From Okamejei kenojei (Eukaryota), in contig CM069134.1 in the NCBI GenBank assembly GCA_035221665.1, positions 80,538,001-80,602,000 of the forward strand: DNA of 64,000 bases. The letters run 5' to 3'. Numbering within the stretch: the first letter of the stretch is position 1; every line of letters starts with the position of its first letter. Positions 1 through 10,820 of the stretch are shown piece after piece. Position numbers and translations under genes: made by a program. Below the pieces are notes generated by a model that had not been told where the DNA came from, ran no database searches, and saw only the letters and a program-made list of their open reading frames with translations.

Positions 1-225
1 CCTCCCCCATTCATCCCGTACTGATCCCCCCCATCCATCCCATACTGATCCCCCCCCCATTCAACCCCCACTGACATCCCCGCGCTCTCTACTCACAATT
101 TTACCTACTCCAACCAACACAAACTAATTCCCCTGCCTCAATCCATCCATTCCGCACCGATTTCCTTCTCAGCCCCCCCGCCATCTATCTATCCCGCACT
201 GATTCACCCACACCGCCCCGACCCT
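1..225. repeat. C-rich degenerate tandem repeat (unit approximately atcccgcactgatcccccc)
   Basis: Repeated cccgtactgat / catactgat / cccgcactgat units. Confidence 0.6.
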
Positions 226-2520
226 ACCGCTGGAAATGTCTTCAGAGCGAACATTGATTATATCTGATAACGGAATGCAAACAAATGTGTTTTAATTCAC
301 AATGTTATTATTTATCTTAATCTGTAAAGATGGATGAATTAAATTGTGAACACGAGATACATTAAAACCGGAGTGTTCGATTGTCACTGCTACCTTTGAC
401 ACATTATTACAGAATTCATTTTAATGGCAAATCAATGCTCTTAATATGGAGTATTTGTACTGTAGTTATTTAATGAGCAACATTCACAACTATACTTTGG
501 ATTTATCCAGGGTTTTATTTCTACAGTCGGTCATATACATTACGAACTTGGTCAGGAGATATTTCAGTTGAAATTTTAACATTAATTCTGAAGTGGGAAT
601 GATGGAAACATGTTTATCAATAATTTTTTTAAAACCTGGTGTATACAAACTGGGTATCTTCATTGCTGTTCACAACACATACATCTAATCTGAATGTCTG
701 GTAATGTGGCATTTTGACACCTTTAAACATATTGCGAAATGAACATTTGCTGCAGTTATGTCCTTTGGCCATCTCTTGTCACTTAGTGTAATGTTTAACC
801 TGTCAGATGGGTATAGTCAGTTTTAACAGCTATTATCATAAAATGCCTTTAGAAATGTCCTTGCAACCTGTATGTTTTGTTGTTGATAAATTATGTGGGA
901 AGCGAGAGCGTTTATGTACTAATAGCAATAACGACCCACGCTATGGCCATGTCATGATGATTTTCGGTCCTTCACAAAAAACATGCTTGCTTCAATCTGT
1001 AGTGTGCATGGTTAAGCATATATGTTACCATGGTCCAGGATTTATTGGCACAGGTTGATCATACGCTGAATAATCCAACCACATTTTTGTTTGGAAGTGG
1101 AAAGAAATAATAGAAATTGCATTCATTGCAATGTGTAAAAAGAGTTGAGATACTGTATTATAATTTTGCTGCATGTCATTGTGGTATATATCATGTCTTG
1201 ATTGGTGAATATGTTTAGTTTGTGACTTTATTTGAAGCAGAAATAATATGTGAATTCTTCATTGAGCATAATTCCGACAGGTAACTGCGCACTTCGTCCG
1301 AGCACATTATCGCACGCGTCATGCAAGCCGTCTTAAATGATCACCTAAACTGTCAAATGGCAACCTAAAAAGCTGCCTAGGTTGCCCGGCTGGCAACAGG
1401 GATAATAAGTTAAGTGAGAGCCCTGGTTGGTTCACAAACCTGATAGTTGTAGGAAAGTGGCTATACCTGAACCTGATGGTGTGGGATGATATCAGTGAAA
1501 AGAGGGCAAGGGTCCTTTGTTGGGGATCCTTGATGATAGATTCTTGAGGCAGCACCTCGTATAGAGATGGAGATGGAGATGAAAGCTGTTCCCATGATAG
1601 ACAAGACTAAGTCTACTGCTCTCTGTAGCTTCTTGCGTTCCTGTACGTTGGAATTGCCATACCAGGCCATGTCTTGCAACCAGTGAATATACTTTCTTCG
1701 GCAATATGTTTCAAAGTTTATCAGTGTTTATCAGTGTATTCAGAAACATGTTAAATCTCTTCCAGCATAAGAAAATAGAGGAACACAAAGCTGGAGTAAC
1801 TCAGCAGGCCTTTTTCATAGTGTGCCTTTTTCATAATGACATCTGTGTGCTGGGCCCAGGGCAAGTCATGTTGAGCGAGAAGTTGTTATTGTGCCACCTC
1901 TCAACCACATGTCTTATCTCTCTCCTGTATGCTGACTCACCACGACCAGTGATACAACCAACAACAGTGGTGTTGTCAGAAAGGACAACAAATTAGTTAA
2001 GTAAGTTGCATCTAGTGCAAAGAAGCAATGCTTAACAGAGTCACACTCTGTTCCTCAGAACCTCAGTGACTTTCCCTTTGAGAGGCTGTAGCAAGGTAAT
2101 TTATTGTTGTGTTCACTTGATTGTAGCTTCTTTTCTTCTAGACTGCCTGCTTTGTCTCTTAGACCCTGTTATTTTGTTTGCTTTGATCTGAAATATGTCT
2201 CCCAGACTATCTCTTTGCACAATAGACATCATTATTTTGTTTATCAGTCCTGTTAATTTACCTAACCTTGATGTGATAATCTTATCAGACTCTGCCACAA
2301 ATGTCCTTGTCTAATTCTCCCATTATTCCATCAATTCTTGTTTATTTATTATAGTTATATATAGTTAATTTATTTTTGGTTCTATCCATTGTTGGTACAT
2401 TCCTTGCAAATTTAATTAATAATTTAAACTTTAAAAAAAACTTAAATTAAGTACCATTTACCCAAATGCAGATCATTAATATGTATTAAGAAAAGTGGTC
2501 TTGGTATTGACCCTCGGGAA

Positions 2521-3097
2521 GGCAAGGCAAGGCAACTTTATTTATATAGCACATTTCATACACGAGGCAGACTCAAAGTGCTTCACATAAAAACATGTCA
2601 TACAATAAAATGAAATAATAAAAAGACGAAATAAAATAGAAGAATTAAAAGAAAATAAAAGCAAAGTAAAAAATGCATTATAGAAAAGTGCAAATGTTAA
2701 AAGTGCAATGTAGTTAGGATTTAGCTGAAAGCTAAAGTAAACATAATAAACGTTTTCAGTCTTGTTTTAAAAGTGGTCAAAGTTGGGGCAAGTCTTAAAT
2801 CTTCAGGAAGTTTATTCCAGCTATTTGATGCATAGTAACTAAATCCTGCTTTTCCCATGTTTTGTATTTACCCTGGGAATCACTAACAGATTGGTCTCTG
2901 AAGATCTTAGCAGTCTAGAAGACTTATATAGTGGAAGCATGTCAGTGATATACTTTGGCCCTAAACCATGTAGTGATTTATAAATGAGCAGCAAGATTTT
3001 AAAATCAATTCTCTGACAGACAGGGAGCCAATGTAATGATTTAAGAATTGGTGTAATGTGTTCAAATTTTTTGGTCTTTGTTAGAACTCTAGCAACA
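2521..3097 (-). mobile_element. L2-like LINE 3' fragment
   Basis: (ggcaa)n tail at 2521; the - strand near 3000-3090 encodes TKKFEHITPILKSLHWLPVCQRIDFKILLLIYK, typical of an L2 ORF2 C-terminus. Confidence 0.7.
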
Positions 3098-3262
3098 GTG
3101 TCCCATAAATATCTTCACATAAATATCCCATAGCCCAAAAACAAACTTTGAAAACTCAATTTCTTAATCAATATTGTACCCATGCTACTGCATCCCTTTT
3201 AATTCCATGAGTTTCAAGTTTGACAAATCAATTATTAATGTATAATCAATAAACCTTGTAGC

Positions 3263-3558
3263 CATTACATCAATGACCCCATGGATGTCCCTGGCCAGGT
3301 CCTGCCCCGAAAGCAGTGGGCAACCCCCAACCGCTTGAGCACAGGCATCGGACGCTATGGAGTAGCAATGAAGAGGTGGGGCCTCGTGGACAGCGCCTCC
3401 TGCGAGTGTGGTGACCCAACACACCCAGTGGAGCACATTTGCCCCAAACACCAGCCACCGAATGGTGAACGAGGTCTGACTGACCTGGATGATGACACGT
3501 TGGCCTGGCCCGCCTCAATGGAGCTGCAGGTCTAAAAGACATATGACAGAAGAAGCAG
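3263..3558 (+). mobile_element. 5'-truncated non-LTR retrotransposon 3' end (Ingi/Vingi-like)
   Basis: W..PNRLSTGIGR...KRWG...CECG....EHI.CP zinc-knuckle remnant, (AGA)n tail, 15-bp TSD aataaaccttgt(a/g)gc at 3248-3262 and 3559-3573. Confidence 0.75.
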
Positions 3559-3667
3559 AATAAACCTTGTGGCTGAAATGTATCATTGCTGAAACCATTC
3601 TAGTAGATATTAGTATATATTTATTATCGTCACTTATACAGAGGTGCATTGAGTGCTATCCAGTCAT

Positions 3668-4000
3668 TAGAAGCATAGAAAATAGGTGCAGGAGGTGGCC
3701 ATTTTGCCCTTCGAGCCTACACCGCCATTCATTGTGATCATGGCTGATTGTCCCCTATCAATAACCCGTGTCTGCCTTCTCCCCATATCCCTTGACTCCA
3801 CTAGCCACTCTATCTCTATCTAACTCTCTCTTAAATCCATCCAGTGACTTGGCCTCCACTGCCCTCTGTGGCAGGGAATTCCATAAATTCACAACTCTCT
3901 GGGTGAAAAAGTGTTTTCTCACCTCAGTCCTAAATGACCTCCCCTTTATTCTAAGACTGTGGCCCCTGGTTCTGGACTCGCCCAACATTGGGAACATTTT
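3668..4000 (-). mobile_element. CR1-type LINE 3' end
   Basis: GESRTRGHSLRIKGRSFRTEVRKHFFTQRVVNLWNSLPQ motif. Similar 3' ends occur at ~7597-7826(+), 7898-8232(-), 32350-32590(-), 46165-46437(-), 59560-60010(+) and 60715-61100(+). Confidence 0.85.
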
Positions 4001-5189
4001 TATTGTATGTGAGTATAATCACAGACACAATGTGTAGTGCAAAGAGAAAAAGAACTAGAGTGCAGAATATAGTGTTACAGATACACAGGAAAGTGCAGAT
4101 TAATAATAGTGCAAAATGAAGTAGGTTGGGACTACACCCTTAGTTTATGAGATGTCCACTCAGTAGACTGATAACAACGAGGATAGCTGCTCCTGAATCT
4201 GGTGGCTCGTGTTTTGCTCTTCACTCTTTATGGCTTTTGTGCCTTCCACCACCCTTTGGTGATTAAAATGGGAAGCAAACCTCTATTTACAACCTAAGTG
4301 GTGTTTTATTCAGGTTCAACAGTACTTCCCTGTTTTTGTACTCATAAGGTCATGTGATAGGAGCAGAATTAGGTCATTCGGCCCAATTCTGCAAAAAGGA
4401 CAACAATATATTTTCAAGACACAATTGCGTGTAACTTTAAGGAGAAACTGCAGGTGGTGGTGTTCCCATGCCCATGGTCCCCTCGTCCTCCTGATGTGCT
4501 ATTGGAGTGGCCTGCAATTTTGAAGGGGGCACATGGTGCTGCAACAACGATAGTTGAATTGAGTGGTTAGTATCTTAGTTGGGATGCTAATCAAGCAGGC
4601 TTTTTTTCTGAATAGTGTGCTGTTTGTGTTGTTGCAGCTACGTTCATGTAGGTGAGTGGAGAGCATTCTGTCATATCGCTGAGTTTACTTGCATAGCGGG
4701 TTGAAAGCCTTTAGAGTGTTGGGAGGTGAGTCACCCGCGACAGGATCCCCAGCTTCTGACCTGCTGTTATAACCACACTACTTGTGTGACTAATGACCCA
4801 GGTGGAGAGGAAAGAGCTAATTTGTGAGCAACAGCTCGTACAATACATTACCTACACTACATCCGTTTCACCCATCACCTCTGAGCTTGCTGAGAATCAC
4901 TGACTGACAGTTCTGGTTCTGGTTGATTACTGCGCAAACACCTCATCAGTGGTTATCTTGCGCAGGTCGGAGTGAGTAGAGTAGTGATTAAATTTTGAAG
5001 TGGGCCTTTTTGTTAAGCAGTGCTGCAATTATAATATCCTCATTCTGGTTTTCCATGTTCCTCCATGGTCAAGTTCTATAATCCACAGTGCTCTCTGATC
5101 CTTGAAATCTTTGTATTCCTCTATTTCTGGACATTGGGTCTTGATTATAATCACTCCATCACCTGTGGCCAAGTCTTCAGCTACTAAAG

Positions 5190-6345
5190 GATGCAACATG
5201 CTGGAGTAACTCTGGGTCAGACAGCATCTCTGGAGAAAAGGAATATGTGATGTTTCTGGTCGAGATCCTTAATCAGATTGAGAGTCAGGGAGGGGGGAAA
5301 CTAGAGGTATTGTAATGCCCCTGTCCCACTTAGGAAACCTGAGCGGAAACCTCTGGTGACCGCGACCCAAGGTTTCCACTCGCTTGGAAAGCCTTGACCT
5401 GGAAAGCTTCGAGCTGCATATTCCGACCAAAGATCCTATAGGATCTTTGCTACCGACCACACACAACACCGCGAAGGTGGGGGCCATGGAGAGCGGAGGA
5501 GAGCTGTCTGTCTGCAGTGAAGAGGAAGGTAAACGGCTGCCACAGAGCACGATAAGTCTTTAGAGAGCGCGGGGGGGGGGGAGGGGTGGAGGAGAGCGCG
5601 GGGGAGAGAGAAATGGGGAGAGAAAAGTGGGGGAGAGAGAAGGGGGGAAAGAAGGAGTGGAGGCAGTTTTAAAAGTTTAATAAATTTAGCGGGCATTTTA
5701 CCCTGGCGGGTCTTCGAAGTCCTGAAAACTCCAATGAGCCAATCAAAATGGCCGGTCAGCGAAGGAGATGGCCTTTGACTGCCTGTAAGTAAATAGCGAC
5801 CCCACCCCACTGGCTTCGACCAAACGGCAACCTATTTTTAGTCGAGGCCAGTTTTGATTTTGTTGAAACAATCGAAGCAACCTAGATGAAGCCTCAACCA
5901 CGCGGAAAACACTTTCGACCATTAGGGAGAGTGACTAAAACCTCCGGCGACCTCGTGGAAACCTTGGGTCGCGGGCAAGGTCACCCGAGGTTTCCGTTCA
6001 GGTTTCCTAAGTGGGACAGGGGTATTAGGTAGAGAACAAAGGAGATTCTGTATCGATGACTCAGGAAAGGTGGAGTCAACATTGGTTCATTGTTGGCAGG
6101 AGACGAAGGGATAACGAAGGGATACAAATGGTGAAATTAGCAAGAGGATTAGGGTCGGAGGGGGAGGGAATGCAAGGGTTACTTGAAGTTAGGAAAATCA
6201 ATAGGCTGGGTTGCAAGCTGCCCAAGTGAAATATGAGGTGCTGTTGCTCCAATTTGTGTGTGACTCTGACAGTGGAGGAGACTCATGGCAGAAAAGTCGG
6301 TATGGGAGTGGGAAGGTGAGTTGAAATGTTTGGCAACTGGGAGAT
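5190..6345 (-). mobile_element. Penelope-like element 3' fragment (GIY-YIG C-terminus plus terminal repeat), interrupted by a MITE
   Basis: LPVAKHFNSPSHSHTD..SLLHCQ remnant at ~6180-6345, continuous across the 5316-6024 insertion with the gctggagtaactc..cagcatctctggagaaaagg terminal repeat. Confidence 0.75.
5316..6024. mobile_element. PIF/Harbinger-like MITE
   Basis: Long imperfect TIRs tgcccctgtcccacttaggaaacctga...tcaggtttcctaagtgggacaggggta; TAA and TTA flanks. Confidence 0.82.
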
Positions 6346-8338
6346 AGCAGGGGTGCCAACATTGGGCGAGAGTTGGGAGTGAGAAATTGCGAGACCAAGC
6401 CCAAGGGAGCGCAGCGACCGGGGGGGGGGGGGGGGGGGGGGGCTGTGGGAGTAGGGTGTCCCCCCTCCCATTGGTACATAACTTTTGCATTTTTCAGCTT
6501 GAAATTGTGTAATATGGTGCATACTGTAGCGAGTCTTTTAACTTGCGCTTGAATGCAATATATATGCTTTAAATTGGATTAGCTATGAATAAGGTTAGAG
6601 TAAATTACATTCCTAATTACATTCCACAGAAGAGCCCAGGCTCTGATCCATACTTGCAGCACATGAATGATCTTAGTGTATTCATGTATGGAAATCAGAT
6701 TATAATCAAACACTTGGCCCATGTTGGCCAACCTGGGTCTCACTGCACACCTGGTGGACTACTGGCCCTGACTCAAGTTGCATACCTTCTCTCATTCCTG
6801 TCCCTGAGTCCAGCCCTACACCTGGCCCCATATTCTACCCTGAACACTCCCCTGGTCCCAGCTTTGACTGCACGCCTAGTACTGTTCCAGACCTTGACTC
6901 TAGATGCACATTTGGCCTTGCTCCTAGCCCCTTTGCACTGACAATATATCTGGTCCACACATAAAGCCCCATATCTGACCCCCTGGACTTAACCTATTAC
7001 GTTCAAGGCCACAGTTGCTTAGCTAATGCAGTAATCCTTTATGGGGCACTTCACAGACCAAATTATGGATAACACAATTTGCTACATTCATTGACTTCCT
7101 TGTTATCTAACATGCTAGTCACTTTGTCAAAGAAGTCATCAATTGGTTGAACACAATTCCCATCCATAAAATTATACTCACTCAGCTGTATAAGTAATCT
7201 GATACAATTTCTTTCATTTTCGTAACAAACTGTCCTGAAGTCATCAGGCTAATTACAAATCAATAACATTAGCCAACTCCGAAACCTGAAGCGCTGAGCA
7301 TTGGGATCCAAACATCATGGACTCAGTTCCCTGCTCACATCTGGCAGTGTTCTCCATCTGAACCAGGGGCCGCGGAACGTTTTTGAAAGTAGGGAGGCTG
7401 AGTAATCACTGATCACTGATCACTGGCCTTGGGGGTACCCGGTGAGGGAGTGGAGCAACCGAGTGGGGAGAGGGTGTGGAAGAAGGGTGTCCCCCCCTCT
7501 CCGGGTAGTAACTTTTTGAAATTTGATGTATTAAAATCATGTTTTAGTGCATTGTAGAAGTATGATTTCAATGTTTTTTGTATGAAGTATTTTTAAGGGG
7601 TAATTTATCCACGCAAAGGGTGGTGGGTGTTTGGAACAAGCTGCCAGAGGAGGTTGTTGAGGCAGGGACGATCCCAACATATAAGAAACAGTTAGACTGA
7701 TACATGGATAGGACAAGTTTGGAGGTATGGACCAAAAGCAGGTAGCGTAGCTGGGACGTTGGCGGGAGTTGGCAAGTTGCGCTGAAGGGCCTGTTTTCAC
7801 ACTGTTTCACACTGTATCACTCTATGACCACATTATACCTCCACCATGCATGAATGCTTCAAAATCAAGTGATCGAGTTTTATTGCCATATACTCAAGCA
7901 TAGAAACGTAGAAAGTAGGTGCAGGAATAGGCCATCGGCCTTTCGAGACAGCACTGCTATTCAATATGATCATGGCTATTCATCTAGAATCAGTACCTCT
8001 TTTCTGTTTTTTCCCCATATCCCTTGATTTCGTGAGCTAAATATAACTCTCTCTTGAAAACATCCAGTGAATTGGTCTGCACTGCCTTCTGTGGCAGAGA
8101 ATTCCACAGATTCACAACTCTCTGTGTGAAGAAAGTTGGTCCTCATCTCAGTCCTAACTGCCCCCCCCCCTTTATTCTTAAACTGTGACCCCTGGTTCTG
8201 AACTCCCCCAACATCAGGAACATTTTTCCTGCAGTTACAGTAAGTGAAAATCGAGCAGGCAAGCAGGATGCTTTCTCCAACCACCCCCATTTGAAGTCCA
8301 CTATCGTCCACCGTTTCTACCCAGTGCTTGGTACTTAC

Positions 8339-8476
8339 TTCCAGCAGCCACTGGTTGTCCTCCAGGATGCACCGAGCCGCCGCCTGATCCATGCTGGTCA
8401 CCTGGGCGAATTTGGCACAGAGACTCTCACGGCAGCGGCGCAACGCTTCCGACGCCTTGCACTGAGGCAGCTTCAT
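8339..8476 (-). pseudogene. TDP2-like exon 1 fragment (UBA-like N-terminus), orphan exon
   Basis: MKLPQCKASEALRRCRESLCAKFAQVTSMDQAAARCILEDNQWLLE|gtaagt resembles the TDP2 N-terminus (LCVEFASVASCDAAVAQCFLAENDWEME). No downstream TDP2 exons are recognisable in 1-8338. Confidence 0.72.
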
Positions 8477-8706
8477 GGCCGGAGCTGCAGTGAGCGACAC
8501 GCCAGCCCGGCAAACACTCGCCAGCCCCGCTCCCCGTCAGCATCTGTCCCCGTCGCTGCTTCTGTTTCAACTCCCTTGGCCCATGCAGTTGATATGAGTT
8601 TTGACATTTTCGTTGATCACAGAATTTCTCACGACAGAGCGCGAGAAATTTGTGATCAGCGTGAGAATTTGGCGAAATACGTGATTCTCACGCTCAGTGC
8701 ATGGGA

Positions 8707-9650
8707 NNNNNNNNNNNNNNNNNNNNNNNNNNNNNNNNNNNNNNNNNNNNNNNNNNNNNNNNNNNNNNNNNNNNNNNNNNNNNNNNNNNNNNNNNNNNNN
8801 NNNNNNNNNNNNNNNNNNNNNNNNNNNNNNNNNNNNNNNNNNNNNNNNNNNNNCTCCCCCCCTCTCCTCTCCCCTCTCCCCGCCCCTCTCCCCCCCCACC
8901 CCCACCCTCTCCCCCCTCAATTTCTCTCCCCATGTCTCCCTCCCCCCTCTCTCTCCCCCCCTCTCTCCCACCTCACTCTCCCCCCTCTCTCTTGTCCCCT
9001 CTCTCCTCTCTCTCCCCTTCCTCTCCCCCTCTCCTCTCCCTCTCTCCNNNNNNNNNNNNNNNNNNNNNNNNNNNNNNNNNNNNNNNNNNNNNNNNNNNNN
9101 NNNNNNNNNNNNNNNNNNNNNNNNNNNNNNNNNNNNNNNNNNNNNNNNNNNNNNNNNNNNNNNNNNNNNNNNNNNNNNNNNNNNNNNNNNNNNNNNNNNN
9201 NNNNNNNNNNNNNNNNNNNNNNNNNNNNNNNNNNNNNNNNNNNNNNNNNNNNNNNNNNNNNNNNNNNNNNNNNNNNNNNNNNNNNNNNNNNNNNNNNNNN
9301 NNNNNNNNNNNNNNNNTCCCTCTCTCTCCTCATCTCTCTCCCCTCTCTCTCCCCCTCCCCCTCCACCTCACTCTCCCCAGGCTCTCTTTCTCCTCTGTCT
9401 CTATCTCCTATTTCTCTTTGCCCCCCATTTCCCTCTTTCCCCCGTTTTTCTCTTTCCCTCTTCCCCTCTCTCTCTCTTTCCCCCCCCCTCTCTCCCATTC
9501 TCTCCTACCCTCTCCACCCCCCTCTCTCTCTTCCCTCTTTCTTCTCTCTCCCCCCCCTCTCCCTCTCCTCTCTCCCCATTCCCCTCTGTCTCTCCCTACT
9601 CTCTCCTCTCTCTCTCCCCCCGTCTCCTTCCTCTCTCTCTCCACCTCCCT
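8707..9650. repeat. CT-rich low-complexity tract with two assembly gaps (N 8707-8853, 9048-9316)
   Basis: Directly visible in the sequence. Confidence 0.95.
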
Positions 9651-9670
9651 TTGAGAGTCTCTGTCCCGTC

Positions 9671-10014
9671 GGCACAGAGACTCTCGCGGCAGCGGCACAA
9701 CGCTTCCGACGCCTCCGATCGGCCCGGGACTTGCACTGCTCCACGGCCGGAGATGCAGCGAGCGACTCGCAGTCCCCGCAAACACTCGCCAGCCCCGTAA
9801 ACACTCGCCAGCCCCGTCCGCATCTGTTCCCGCCGCTACATCTGCATCCATCCCTCCCTCAGCCCCGGCTCTCCAACACCCGCGGACCATGCAGTTTATC
9901 TGAGTTTTGACATTTTTGTTGATCACAGAATTTCAGAGCGTGAGCAATTTCTGATCAGCGTGAGGTCGTGAGAGTTTCTTCAAATGCGTGATTCTCACGC
10001 TCAGAGCGTGAGAG
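9671..10014. repeat. Diverged second copy of 8414-8706 (partial TDP2-like exon plus transposon subterminal region)
   Basis: Shared blocks ggcacagagactctc, caacgcttccgacgcc, aaacactcgccagccccg and ccatgcagtt..tgagttttgacatttt..gttgatcacagaattt..gtgattctcacgctcag. Confidence 0.88.
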
Positions 10015-10595
10015 TTGGCAGCCCTGGAGATAGTTACCAAGGTCCTTTACACTCAGATTGTTTCTCTACTTCCTTCTTTTCCTGCTTATCATGCCTATCA
10101 TGCTTATCATGTTTTTGGCTGATCAGTTACTATTTTCTGGTGTGTTTTTGTCAAATGTTGTTAATTTTCTTGGGAAGTGCATGTTACTATATTCTGTTGT
10201 GCTGCAGCAAGCAAGAATTCTATTGTCCCATCTGGGACACATGACAATAAACTCTCTTGCCTTGAAGTGCCTGGAGTGTTCTATTTTAAAGTTGCTCTCT
10301 AGCATAGTTATTATCAAGCTTATAATTGTAAATGAGTACTGTTCTGTGGGGACACATTATTTACTGGTATAAATGCAAGGGGGCGAAAGAAGAGAACAGT
10401 TTATTTCTCTTTTACTATATGATAATTTGTAGTTGCAGATTTCCACCAATAAGTTGTTCACTTTTATATTCATTCAAGTCTAGTTAGTTTTATTAAATTG
10501 TTTTAACTTTGCACTCCTGAGCTCTTACCTTTACGTTCTTTCGCAGCTCGTGGTGATGCTGAATCTGTTAATGATTGGCGCCAGGCCCTTGCAGG

Positions 10596-10820
10596 ATGAG
10601 CAAGTTGCCGACTGGCCCGGAAAATGCTGGAGTCAATTCCTTTGGTCACAGCGCCTCCATCAGTACTATGCAATCCATCACCGCATCCCAGGTTGCAGCT
10701 AGGCTAGACTCGTATAAACCAATTGGTAAAAGAAATATTTCTGATGTCAGGAGGACTTTCTGTTTATTTGTTACGTTTGATCTACTATTTGTTGGTTTGT
10801 TGTGGATAATCGAATTGAAT
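10596..10820 (+). CDS. STARD3NL: STARD3NL first coding exon (acceptor AG ends 10546, ATG 10596)
   Basis: MSKLPTGPEN...ISDVRRTFCLFVTFDLLFVGLLWIIELN followed by gtaagt. Confidence 0.95.

Larger units (their letters stand above)
6348..10026. mobile_element. Non-autonomous TIR DNA transposon (hAT- or P-superfamily-like), 3.68 kb, composite, carrying TDP2-like fragments
   Basis: Left TIR CAGGGGTGCCAAC (6348-6360) and right TIR GTTGGCAGCCCTG (10014-10026) match at 12/13. Exact GAGATAG duplication at 6341-6347 and 10027-10033. GYGAGA motifs cluster near both ends. Confidence 0.75.

Noticed and set aside
226-1401. Possible right end of a DNA transposon (…gcctaggttgcccggctggcaacaggg)
   Set aside because: The partner TIR and TSD would lie outside the window, so it cannot be supported here.
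4940-4977. Possible STARD3NL non-coding exon 1 (TGCGCA motifs, donor GTGAGT at 4972)
   Set aside because: No CpG island or other support; cannot be distinguished from chance without transcript data.
1-8338. Remaining TDP2 exons (RALNSYF..., ITWNIDGLD...) on the - strand
   Set aside because: None recognised, so a complete TDP2 gene is not called; exons further upstream of the window cannot be excluded.
7976-8500. 174-aa ORF as an intact gene
   Set aside because: Chimera of the TDP2-like exon, read-through intron and an off-frame CR1 3' end.
8291-9926. Long ORFs of 172-539 aa (S/P/L-rich or G/R/E-rich)
   Set aside because: Artefacts of N gaps and CT-rich low-complexity sequence.
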